A DNA stretch of 64,000 nucleotides from an uncultured Actinomycetes bacterium (GTDB lineage: Bacteria; Actinomycetota; Thermoleophilia; Gaiellales; JAICJC01): assembly GCA_963717845.1 (NCBI GenBank), contig CAVQXH010000001.1, positions 1,825,865-1,889,864 of the forward strand, written 5' to 3'. The notes below the pieces were generated by a model that saw nothing but the letters and a program-made list of their open reading frames with translations, searched no databases and was not told the DNA's origin. Below, piece after piece: positions 22,305-31,171 of this stretch. The translations under genes and the position numbers were made by a program. The first letter of the stretch is position 1; each line of letters starts with the position of its first letter.

Positions 22305-22355
22305 AATACTTGACTGCTCAGTATTATCCTGATAGGGTTCGTTGCGTAGTCAAGT
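22305..22355. promoter_or_regulatory. divergent promoter/operator region: TTGACT-17nt-TAGGGT promoter for the + operon, embedded in nested inverted repeats
   Basis: AATACT(22305-10)/AGTATT(22320-25) and ACTTGACT(22308-15)/AGTCAAGT(22348-55) are exact inverted repeats. TTGACT at 22310-15 is followed by a 17-nt spacer and TAGGGT at 22333-38. The region is an AT-rich island between the ATPase and yceI-like genes. Confidence 0.5.
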
Positions 22356-22383
22356 TTTCCCAACCAGCGGAGGGCAAATCCCA

Positions 22384-22937
22384 ATGAGCACACTCGAATC
22401 GACCGCGACCGGCACGCTCCCCACGGGGACATGGCAGCTGGATGCCGTGCACTCCCAGGTCGGCTTCGCCGTCAAGTACATGGTCGGCACCTTCCGGGGC
22501 AGCTTCTCGCCCGTCGCAGCCACCCTGTCGGTGGCCCAGGACGGCGAGCGTCAGCCTGACCGGGTCGGCGCGGGCCGAGAACGTGCAGGTGCAGGAGCCG
22601 AACCTGGTCGCGCACCTGCTCTCGCCCGACTTCTTCGACGCCGAGCGCGCACCCGAGCTCGGCTTCCGCTCGACCGACGTCCGCGTCTCCGGCGACCATC
22701 TGGTCGTCGACGGCGACCTGACGCGTCAAGGGCGTCACGAAGCCCGTCACCCTCGAGGGCGACGTCACCGAGCCGATCACCGACCCCTACGGTCGCGAGC
22801 GGATCGGCCTCACCCTCGCCGGCTCGATCGACCGCACCGAGTTCGGCATCACGTGGAACAACCCGCTGCCGAGCGGCAAGTCGGCGCTCGCGAACGAGGT
22901 CACCCTCGCCGCCGAGCTCTACCTGGTGAAGGAGTAA
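22384..22937 (+). pseudogene. YceI family (polyisoprenoid-binding) protein, two +1 frame breaks
   Basis: The ATG at 22384 follows ggaggg. WQLDAVHSQVGFAVKYMVGTFRGSF is the YceI signature. The frame steps +1 at ~22549 (..VSLTGSARAENVQVQEPNLVAHLLSPDFFDAERAPEL) and at ~22724 (VKGVTKPVTLEGDVTEPITDPYGRERIGL..EFGITWN..LYLVKE*). Confidence 0.8.
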
Positions 22938-22945
22938 CGGTCGCG

Positions 22946-23504
22946 ATGAAGGTGCTCGGCGTCTCAGGCAGTCTGCGGGCGGACTCGCACAACACGCTGC
23001 TCCTGCGCGGAGCGGCGGAGCTCCTGCCCGCCGGGGTGGAGCTCGAGCTCTGGCACGGCCTGCGGGACGTGCCCCCCTACGACGAGGACTCCGACGTCGA
23101 GCCGGCCCCTCCGGCGGTCGCCGCGCTGCGCGCGGCGCTCGCCGGGGCGGACGCCGTCCTGTTCGCCACGCCCGAATACAACTCGTCCGTCCCGGGGCAG
23201 CTGAAGAACGCCCTCGACTGGGCCTCGCGCCCGCTCGCGACCAACCCGCTGCGCAACCTGCCGGTGGCCGTCGTCGGGGCGAGCACGGGCGCCTTCGGGG
23301 CGGTGTGGGCGCAGGCCGAGCTGCGCAAGGTGCTGGCGGCGACCGGCGCGCGCGTCGTCGAGGGCGAGGTCGCCGTCGGGCATGCGCACGAGAAGCTCGC
23401 GGCCGGCGGGGCGCTGCTCGACGAGAACCTGCGCGATCAGCTCGCTCGAGGTGACGGACGGCCTGGTCGAGGCCGTCCGCATGCGCACCGCCATCGCTGC
23501 CTGA
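22946..23504 (+). pseudogene. NADPH-dependent FMN reductase, one +1 frame break near the 3' end
   Basis: MKVLGVSGSLRADSHNTLLL..VLFATPEYNSSVPGQLKNALDWASRP. The frame break at ~23447 restores a plausible tail (EVTDGLVEAVRMRTAIAA*). Confidence 0.8.
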
Positions 23505-23516
23505 ACGCCGCTTCCG

Positions 23517-23768
23517 TCAGTGCGAGGCGCGGGGGCCGCTCAGGCGGGGGTACAGCGCGACGAGCCCGATCGCCACGATCACTGCGGTGATGAATCCGCC
23601 GCCGAAGCCGAGCAGCGGCCGCACCACGAGGCCGGCGATCAGCATTGCGACGATGCCGATCAGCAGTGTCGCGACGAGGCTCATGTCGTCGCGACCGGGG
23701 TGCAGCAGCCGCCCGAGGGCGCCGACGGCAAGGCCGGCGACGAGCAGCACGATGATGAAGAGGAGCAT
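23517..23768 (-). CDS. GlsB/YeaQ/YmgE family stress-response membrane protein
   Basis: 83-aa ORF: MLLFIIVLLVAGLAVGALGRLLHPGRDDMSLVATLLIGIVAMLIAGLV..GGGFITAVIVAIGLVALY. Confidence 0.8.
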   Translation of the reverse strand: MLLFIIVLLVAGLAVGALGRLLHPGRDDMSLVATLLIGIVAMLIAGLVVRPLLGFGGGFITAVIVAIGLVALYPRLSGPRASH

Positions 23769-24035
23769 GGCCGGACTCTACCGGCGCGGGCGGCGCGCTC
23801 GGGCGGGCGCTGCCGGTGTGAGCGCACGAGCTCCGGGTGCTTCACCGGCTGCTGCTTGCCGCAGCGCTCGCAGCGCCGGTGCCACAGCTGGCCCTCGTCG
23901 TAGAGCGACTCGAGCACCCAGCGATGGCGGCAGTCGCGCTCGAGCGCGAGCCTGTCCTCACGCTTCGCGCCCAGCCACAGCACGAGCAGCGCCAGGCAGA
24001 GGCAGATGTCCGACCACGTTCGAGATCACGGGCAT
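23681..24035 (-). CDS. possible small membrane-anchored Cys-containing protein (reading frame uncertain)
   Basis: An ATG at 24035 (MPVISNVVG) joined by a +1 step at ~24010 to ICLCLALLVLWLGAKREDRLALERDCRHRWVLESLYDEGQLWHRRCERCGKQQPVKHPEL. The ORF as given runs into the next gene. A further shift would give a TAG just before 23768. Confidence 0.3.
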
Positions 24036-24081
24036 GGCCTACCCGCGCCGCGCGCCGCCCAAACACCCGTGCAACGCGCTC

Positions 24082-24432
24082 CTAGGGGAGCAGGTGGACG
24101 GTGCGGCTGATCATGGTCATGTCGAGGATCCGCCGGATCGAGGGCGATCCGCAGACGAGCTCGAACCGGCCGCCGCGCTCGGCCATCCGCTGGGCCGACG
24201 CGAGGATCACGCCGAGCGCAGTCGAGTCGAGGAATGTGACCGACGCCGCGTCCACCCGCAGCACCGAGCAGCGCTCCGCCTCGGCGGCGTCGAGCGCCTC
24301 GCGGAGGGAGTCGGCGGAGTTGATGTCAAGCTCGCCGTCGACACGGACGACGGTCGCCGTCTCTTCGATCGTGTCCCGGGTGAATCGCGCCGAAGTCGCC
24401 CTGGGCGCGCCGCTGCTGCTGGCGTCTTCCAT
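24082..24432 (-). CDS. STAS-domain anti-sigma-factor antagonist (RsbV/SpoIIAA-like)
   Basis: The start is taken at MEDASSS (24432). VVRVDGELDINSADSLREAL..LRVDAASVTFLDSTALGVIL contains the phosphorylatable Ser in the DST motif. Confidence 0.85.
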   Translation of the reverse strand: MEDASSSGAPRATSARFTRDTIEETATVVRVDGELDINSADSLREALDAAEAERCSVLRVDAASVTFLDSTALGVILASAQRMAERGGRFELVCGSPSIRRILDMTMISRTVHLLP

Positions 24433-24599
24433 TCCCCAACACCTTACCCCGCCGGCGACCTCGCCCACCACCGAAGCGGCCCGTGCGGCGTTGCCTTGAG
24501 ACACGACCGTACCACACGCCCGGCTGCGATGTTTGAACGGCAGCCGGGACCGCACACGTCTCTTCCAGGAAACGTGATCTCGAGAGGAGACCGCACCGC

Positions 24600-25370
24600 A
24601 TGCATTCAGATTCACATCGCACAGACATCGAGCTCGTCGCCGCCAATCGCCGCGACGGCGATTCTGCGTCGCGCGAGCAGCTCGTGATGCGTCACGCCGG
24701 CCTGGTGCGCTCGATCGCGCGCCGCTACAACGGCCGCGGCCTGGCGCAGGAGGACATCGAGCAGACCGGGTACCTCGGCCTGATCCAGGCCGTCGACCGC
24801 TACGACCCCTCGCGGGGCGTGCCGCTGCGGGCGTATGCAGCGCGGACGATCGAGGGCGAGATCATGCACCTCTTCCGCGACCGCGGCTGGGCGGTGCGGG
24901 TGCCGCGCTCGCTGCAGGAGATGAGCCGGCGGGTGGCGTCGGTGCGCGAGCGGCTCGGGCACAAGCTCGGGCCGGTCGCCGTCGCTGCAGGAGCTGGCCG
25001 AGGCCACCGGCGAGACCGAGGAGCGGGTCGCCGAGGCGATCGCCGCCGGCCGTGCCTATACGGCCGAGCCGCTGGTCGATCCCGACGCCAGCCGCCGAGC
25101 GCGGGCACGTCCGACGGCGTGCCGCCCGGCCGGGTGCTCGCGACCGACGAGGTCGGCTTCACGGCCGTCGAGGATCGCGACCTGCTCGAGCGGGCGATGC
25201 GCTCGCTCCCGGCCCGGGAGCGGCGGATCGTCGGGCTGCGGGTCTATCACGACCTCACGCAGGCCGAGATCGCGGCCCGCACCGGCATCAGCCAGATGCA
25301 CGTCTCGCGGCTCCTGCGGGCGTCGCTCGACGCGATCGAGGCCGAGATCGACGCCACCGCCATCGCCTGA
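24600..25370 (+). pseudogene. sigma-70 family sigma factor, SigB/SigF group, with three +1 frame steps in region 3
   Basis: Region 2 (DIEQTGYLGLIQAVDRYDPSRGVPLRAYAARTIEGEIMHLFRD) and region 4 (LTQAEIAARTGISQMHVSRLL) lie in one frame. The stretch between them is junk unless read as RSPSLQELAEATGETEERVAEAIAAGRAYTAEPLVDPDAS / AERG / TSDG, with shifts at ~24972, ~25093 and ~25106. Confidence 0.8.
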
Positions 25371-25381
25371 CGCGGCAGGGC

Positions 25382-25755
25382 CTAGGCGTGCTGCGGAGCG
25401 GCGGCGCCGGCGATCGCGGCCGCACGTGTGGGCGCGGTCGCCAGCCGCCCCTCCAGGCCGGTGAGCTCGAGCAGCCGGCGCACGCCGTGGCCGGTGCTCT
25501 CGCCGAGCGCCACGCTGAAGCCGACGCCGCGCTCGCCGGCCTGCTCGCGCGCGCAGATGAGCACGCGCAGGACGGTCGAGTCGATGAACGTCGTCTGCAG
25601 CAGGTCGATCGACGACCGCGGCGCCCGAGTCCGAGGGCGGCGTCCACGCGGCGCTGCAGCTCGGGGGCGGTGGAGAGGTCGTGCTCGCCGGTGACGGTGA
25701 CCACCTCGACGCCCGGCTCCGCCCGCTCGACGACGATCCCGCTCACGCCCGGCAC
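25382..25755 (-). pseudogene. second STAS-domain anti-sigma-factor antagonist, frame break at ~25622
   Basis: ORF 25288..25755 (VEVVTVTGEHDLSTAPELQRRVDAALGLG) joins ORF 25382..25564 (..IDLLQTTFIDSTVLRVLICAREQAGERGVGFSVAL..RRLLELTGL). The join needs a 1-nt deletion or two insertions. Confidence 0.75.
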
Positions 25756-25777
25756 GCTAGTTCTGCCGTGCCGGCGC

Positions 25778-26221
25778 TCACGGCGGCGGGGTGCCCAGGT
25801 CGAACGTCATCCGCACGAGCGTGCCGTTGCCCAGCGTGTCGATCTCGAGCGCGTCGGCGATCGCGGCCATCACCGGCAGGCCGACGCCGAGCCCCGGGCT
25901 GTCCACGCGCGGCGCCATCCCGCTGCCGTGGTCGCGCACTGTGACGACGACCCCGCCCCCTGCCGAGAGCGCTGCGGCCACCTCGAACTGCCCCTCGCCG
26001 TCGGCGTAGGCGTGCAGGACAGCGTTCGCGCATGCTTCGGTCACCGCCAAGGCGATGTCCGAGATGCGCTCGTCGGAGAAGCCGGACGCCTCGAGCAGAC
26101 CGCGCAGCGCATGCCTCACGAGCGGCACGTTGTCAGCCTCGGCGGCAAGCTCCAACTCGAACCCGGACGAGTTCGGAGCCATTGTTTCGGGAGATACCCG
26201 TCGCATCGCTCTCTTACTCAT
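25778..26221 (-). CDS. anti-sigma factor / serine protein kinase (RsbW/SpoIIAB-like, HATPase_c)
   Basis: LVRHALRGLLEASGFSDERISDIALAVTEACANAVLHAY..VVVTVRDHGSGM..GLGVGLPVM..GTLVRMTF. The ATG overlaps the stop of the upstream phosphatase gene (ATGAGTAA). Confidence 0.88.
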   Translation of the reverse strand: MSKRAMRRVSPETMAPNSSGFELELAAEADNVPLVRHALRGLLEASGFSDERISDIALAVTEACANAVLHAYADGEGQFEVAAALSAGGGVVVTVRDHGSGMAPRVDSPGLGVGLPVMAAIADALEIDTLGNGTLVRMTFDLGTPPP

Positions 26222-28952
26222 TCCCCGTCAGCCGCAGGACAATCACGGCGACGTCGTCGGCCGGTGGGCCGGGCTTGAACTCGAGCACCGCCCGCTCGAT
26301 GCGATCGGCGATCCCGGCCGCGCTCATCCCCGCCGACGCGCGCAGGAGCTCGACCAGCCGCTCCTCGCCGAACATGCGGCCGTCGATCCGCTCCTCGGTC
26401 ACGCCGTCGGTGTGGAAGACGACCGCGTCGCCCGGGTGCAGCTCGACGCGCAGGTCGGACAGCTGCACCTGCTCGTAGATGCCGAGCAGCGTCCCCGGCA
26501 TGCCGGCCTCTTCGACCGTCCCGTCGCGCCTGATCATGAGCGGCGGCGGGTGGCCGCCGCAGCAGATGGTCAGGCTGGCCCCGGCGGCGGTCGTCTCGAG
26601 CCGGCCGAGCGCCACGGTGCAGAAGCGGCGCTCGATCGCCTGGCGCAGCAGCGCCTGGTTCAGCGTCCGCAGGATCACGCGCGGCGAGCGCTCGCGCACC
26701 GCCGCGGCTCGCACCGTGTGGCGGGCGATGCCGGTCAGCGCGGCCGCCGGAGCTCCCTTGCCGCAGACGTCGCCGATGGCCAGGAAGAGGTCGCCCTCGC
26801 CCGTCTCGAACGCGTCGTAGAAGTCCCCGCCGACATCGCCGCCTCCACCGGCCGGATGGTAGACGGCGGCCAACTCGACACCGGGGACGTCGGGCAGGTC
26901 GGGCGGCAGCAGGCTGCGCTGGAGCGTGCGGGCGACCTGATCGCGGTCCTGGTAGAGCCGGGCGGTGTCGATGGCGGTGGCGGCGCGGCGGGCGAGCTCG
27001 GTCGCGAACGCGATGTCGTCGTCGCCGTAGGTGCGCCCGGACTCCGCCGTCGCCAGCGTGAGCGTCCCGTGCGTCCGCCCGCGGGCCGAGAGCGGCGCCA
27101 CGATCACCGAGCGCATGCCCAGGCGCGCGCAGGATCGCGCGATGCTCGTCGTCTCGCGCGGCCCGCTCGAGGAAGGCCTCCGGCGACGTCGGTGTGGCGC
27201 TCGCCGCGGCCGGCGTGGAGCACGCTCGCGCCGACGGCGGCGTCGGGGTCGGCCGGGTAGCGGCGCACCAGGTCGCGGACGAGCTCCACCTTGGCCGGGT
27301 CGGAGTGCGCGACCGAGACCTGGTGGGCGCCGTTTGCGTCGACGAGGTCGATCGCGCACCAGTCGGCCAGGTGCGGCACGATCAGGCGGGTGAGATCGCC
27401 GAGCGGGGCGCGGAAGTCGAGCGACTCGCCGAGGACGTCGGACGTCCGGGCCAGCAGCTCGAGCCGCAGGCGCGCGTTCTGCTCGGCCTCGTACGCCTGG
27501 GCGCGGTCGACGGCGAGCGCGATCCGCCCGGCCGCAAGCCCGATCAGGTCGATCTCGTCCTGCCCGAGCGGCCGCGGCGAGAGCCAGTCGGTCTGCAGCA
27601 CGCCGACCGTGCGCGGACCGACCCGCAGCGGTGCGGCCATCAGCGTGTGGACACCGCGCCCGCCCATGAGCGGCCCGGTCTCGGCGTCGGTCGGGTCGTG
27701 CAGGACGACGGGCTCGCCGGCCGCCACCGGGCCGGCGACCGAGCTGTCGTCGGCGCCGATGCGCAGGCTCTGGCCGGCATCGATGCCGAGCCCGCTCGTG
27801 GCCCGTACCGTCAGCTGCTCGCCGCCCGGCTCCATCAGGAGCACGGCGGCGGCGTCCGAGGCGAGCTCCTCCCGCAGCAGCGCCAGGATCTCGTCCAGCA
27901 GGTCGTCCAGGTCGACGTGCGAGAGCGCCGCGTCCGAGAGCCGCTGGAGGCGCTGCGCGGCGTCGGCGCGCTCGCGGGCCTGGCGCAGGAGCACGCTGTT
28001 GTCGACCGCGACCGCTGTCCGCCGCGCGAGCTCCTCCGCCACGGCGATGTCCTCCGGGCCGAACGGTGGCGCGGCCGCCGCAGCCGAGGAGCAGCATCGC
28101 GCCGAGCGTGCGGCCGCGGGCGGCGAGGGGCAGGATGACGGCGGACTTCGCATCGATCTGGCGCACCGCCTCGATGTGCTGCGGCCCGCGCAGCCGGCCC
28201 TGCAGGACGTCGTCGCTGAGCGTGGTGAGGATCTCGGTGCGGCCCTCGCGCAGGGCGGCCGTCATGTGCACGCCGTCCGGGTCGGGCGGGAACGCCCGCA
28301 GCCGCTCGGTCAGGGGCGCACGCGCCCGGTCGGCGTCGGCGACGGCCACACGGCGCATCCCGCCCGCCTCGTCGAGCAGGTCGATGGCGCACACATCGGC
28401 CAGCCACGACGCCGCCAGCCGGGCCACGCCCTGCAGGCCCGCCTCGGGGTCGAGCGACCGGGCCAGCATCTCGCTCGCCTGCAGCAGCAGCTCCAGGCGC
28501 AGCTGGGCGGGCTGGACATTCTCGTCGCTGCGCTGCTCGAGCGCGACGCTGATCGAGCCGGCGGGGTTGCCGTCGGCGTCGCTCACGGGCGCGCTGACGA
28601 CCCGGATGCGGATGCGCGAGCCGTCCTTGCGCAGCGCGGGCATCTCGCCGTCCCACACGCCGCCGCCGCGCACGCGGCTGCGGGCCTCGCCGACGATCGC
28701 CGGCTCCGTCCGGCCGCCGCCGAGGTCGGCCGCGGGCCGGCCGACGACCTCGCGCGCGTCCCACCCGAACAGGCGCTCGGCCTGGTGGTTCCAGGCGACG
28801 ATCGTCCCGTTCGCGTTCGTCGCGATGATCGCCGCCGGCGCGCGCTCGATCACCTCGCCGCTCGCGATGCCTGCGAGCGCGATCTCGGCGTCGCTCATGT
28901 CCGCGGCGCCGCCGGCCGGGACGCGCCGCTCGCCTCTGAGCGCCAATGGCAT
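26214..28952 (-). pseudogene. PAS-GAF-GAF-PP2C (SpoIIE/RsbU-type) serine phosphatase with three +1 frame steps
   Basis: N-terminal PAS (IIATNANGTIVAWNHQAERLFGW). The GAF regions are partly readable only in ORF 27104..28153. The C-terminal PP2C domain has GGDFYDAF..AIGDVCGKG..VFHTDGVTE. The junctions are at ~28082, ~27183 and ~27122. Confidence 0.85.
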
Positions 28953-29029
28953 GCGCCAGCCTAGTCGCGCTCTCGGAGGGGTGTCAATCGGGGTGGGTGG
29001 TCGGATGGCGGATCATCTACTGTTGTGTG

Positions 29030-29359
29030 ATGGCGGCGATCGACGGCACAGTCAGCCTGCGCGTGCTGGGGTCGGCGCCGGCGACGGCAGTGGCCGAGCC
29101 GTTGCTGCTCGCCCTGGGGGCGCGGGCAGGGCTCGACGTGGCCAGCCTGGACGAGCTTGCGATGGCGCTCGGCCTGGCGGTGCGGCGGGCCGGGCGGCCG
29201 CTCGTGATCGAGCTCACGCCCGCCAGCGGCCGGCTGACGGTCGCCGTCTGGCCACTCGCCCCGGGCGGCCTGCGCGAGTGCCGGGAGGTGCTGCGCGGCC
29301 TGGTGGGGGCGGTCGAGGTCGACGACGACGGCGAGCGGCTCGTGATGCGTGCCGGCTGA
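29030..29359 (+). CDS. small RsbW-like protein lacking recognisable ATP-binding boxes (putative non-kinase anti-sigma factor)
   Basis: 109 aa from MAAIDGTVSLRV. LDELAMALGLAVRRA and GRLTVAVWPL resemble the N-terminal half of the RsbW fold. Its stop overlaps the GTG start of the downstream sigma gene. Confidence 0.55.
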   Translation: MAAIDGTVSLRVLGSAPATAVAEPLLLALGARAGLDVASLDELAMALGLAVRRAGRPLVIELTPASGRLTVAVWPLAPGGLRECREVLRGLVGAVEVDDDGERLVMRAG

Positions 29360-30056
29360 ACCGGCCGGGCGGCTGGCTGTGCTGGCGGCCGCGGGCTCGA
29401 GCGCCGCGAAGGCCGAGCTCGTGCGTCGGATGGGGCCGCTCGTCGGCCGCCTGGCGGCCCGGATCGCGAGCGAGCGCGTGCCCCGGCAGGATCTCGAGCA
29501 GGCCGGCATGGTGGGGGTGCTGGCTGCCGTGGACGGGTTCGACCCCTCCCGCGGCACGGACTTCGAGCCGTACGCCACCCGGTTCGCGCTGGGCGAGATG
29601 CTCGCCCTGGCCCGGCAGGCCGCCGCGGTGCATGTGTCGCGCACCGGCCGCGACCTCGCCGCCGCGGTCGAGGGCACCGCGAGCGAGCTGACCGCCGAGA
29701 GCGGCGCGGCGCCGACCATCGCCGAGATCGCAGCTCGGGCGGGCCTGGACGAGGAGCAGGTGGTGATCGGCCTGCGCGCCCGCCGGGCGCTGGCCGCGCC
29801 GAAGGGCGGCGAGGAGGAGCTCCTGGAGGCGCACGGCGGCTACGAGGACGCGATCGAGCAGGTCGAGCGCCGGCTCGACCTGGGCCTGCGGCTGCGCGCC
29901 CTCGACGAGCGCTCGCAGCTCGTCGTCGCCATGCGGTTCGGGCTCGAGCTCTCGCAGGCCGAGATCGCCGGCCGCCTGGGGATCTCGCAGATGCACGTCT
30001 CCCGGCTGCTGCGGGCGGCGCTCGACCAGCTCTGGGGTGGAGACGAGCCCGGCTAG
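29349..30056 (+). CDS. sigma-70 family sigma factor, SigB/SigF group (second copy)
   Basis: DLEQAGMVGVLAAVDGFDPSRGTDFEPYATRFALGEM and LSQAEIAGRLGISQMHVSRLLRAAL. The reading frame is intact. Confidence 0.88.
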   Translation: MPAEPAGRLAVLAAAGSSAAKAELVRRMGPLVGRLAARIASERVPRQDLEQAGMVGVLAAVDGFDPSRGTDFEPYATRFALGEMLALARQAAAVHVSRTGRDLAAAVEGTASELTAESGAAPTIAEIAARAGLDEEQVVIGLRARRALAAPKGGEEELLEAHGGYEDAIEQVERRLDLGLRLRALDERSQLVVAMRFGLELSQAEIAGRLGISQMHVSRLLRAALDQLWGGDEPG

Positions 30057-31108
30057 ACGGGCGGAGCGTCGATCCAGGCGGTGCGGTCGGGCGGCCCGGG
30101 CGCGATCCGCACCTGGGGCGGCGACGACAGCTCGGCCCAGATCGACCCGAACGTGATCCACGGATGCCCCGGCTCGGGCACCACGCACAGGGGTGCGGCC
30201 CGGTCGGCCAGCACCCGCTCACAGTCGGCTCCTGCCGTCACCGTCGGGGCAGCAGATGTGATCGCGGCCAGCCGGGTGTGCGAGTCGGGCGCGCCCGCGG
30301 CCGGCCGGACGGGATCGAGGTCGTCGCTTCGCAGCGGATGGTTGGTGTGGCAGAACCGCCCCGAGCCGTCGTCCGAGCGCACCGCCCCCGCCGCCGAGCA
30401 CTCGTAGCCGGCAACGCCGGCGGCGTCTGCGAGCGCGTAGTGCTGCCCCGAGGCGTGCGGCACGCGCTCGAGGAACGCCGCCGCCGCGGCCGCGCTCCTC
30501 TGCTCAAGGACGCCGCGCATCACGAAGGCGACCGGCAGGCCGACATCGGAGTGGCGCAGCATCGCCAGCGTGTTCACGCACACGCCGACGCCGGAGGCGT
30601 TCACCCCGGTCAGGCCGATCATCCCCGCTGCGGTCAGGACGACGCTCGGCCCGGCCGCGCCGTCGATGCGCAGGATGGCCTGGGCGCCGTCCATGCGCTC
30701 GGGCAGGTCCATGTTCTGCGCCAGCACCGCCGGGCGCCCGTTCTCGGCCGCCACGGCCACCAGGCTGCACGCGTTCCGCGGCTGCGCCGGCGCGGTGAAC
30801 CACCACTCCTCGTCCATCAGGTTCAGCGCCAGGATGCGCTCGAACGCGATCCCGGCGGCCTCGGCGATCCCGCCCACCTCGTCCAGGAGGTCAGGCGTCT
30901 GGTGCCGGATCGCATCCACGAAGCCGGTCGTCTCGACGAGCTCGGCGACGAGCGTCTCCGGGTGACGGCCGAGCCGGGTCGCGACGTGGGCGTCCCAGCG
31001 CTCGAGCAGCGCCTCGATCGAGGCCCGCAGCGCCTCGCCGTGGGCCCTGCCGCGCTCGCGCGCGCCGCCGCGGCAGTCGACGATCGCATCGGGTGTCACG
31101 GCCATCAC
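30053..31108 (-). CDS. C45 family peptidase / acyl-CoA:6-APA acyltransferase-like Ntn hydrolase
   Basis: 351-aa ORF: RGRAHGEAL..ILALNLMDE..NACSLVAV (nucleophile Cys)..LAQNMD..VNASGVGVCVNTL..HTNH. Confidence 0.8.
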   Translation of the reverse strand: MMAVTPDAIVDCRGGARERGRAHGEALRASIEALLERWDAHVATRLGRHPETLVAELVETTGFVDAIRHQTPDLLDEVGGIAEAAGIAFERILALNLMDEEWWFTAPAQPRNACSLVAVAAENGRPAVLAQNMDLPERMDGAQAILRIDGAAGPSVVLTAAGMIGLTGVNASGVGVCVNTLAMLRHSDVGLPVAFVMRGVLEQRSAAAAAAFLERVPHASGQHYALADAAGVAGYECSAAGAVRSDDGSGRFCHTNHPLRSDDLDPVRPAAGAPDSHTRLAAITSAAPTVTAGADCERVLADRAAPLCVVPEPGHPWITFGSIWAELSSPPQVRIAPGPPDRTAWIDAPPV

Positions 31109-31171
31109 ACCCGATCCTACCGGCGTCGATCGCCTCTATACGAGCCGGAATTGCTGCGCTACGTTGAGAGC

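Noticed and set aside
24531-24550. SigB-type promoter GTTTGA..GGGAC upstream of sigma 1
   Set aside because: The spacing between the two elements is only ~9 nt, against the 12-15 nt expected. In addition, the bases form the loop and 3' arm of a hairpin. The evidence is insufficient.
17735-28952. Programmed +1 ribosomal frameshifting or transcriptional slippage as the explanation for the frame breaks
   Set aside because: The sites share no slippery motif, homopolymer or downstream structure. They hit unrelated genes, often several times within 100 nt, and are confined to one stretch. Sequence error or true decay are far more economical explanations.
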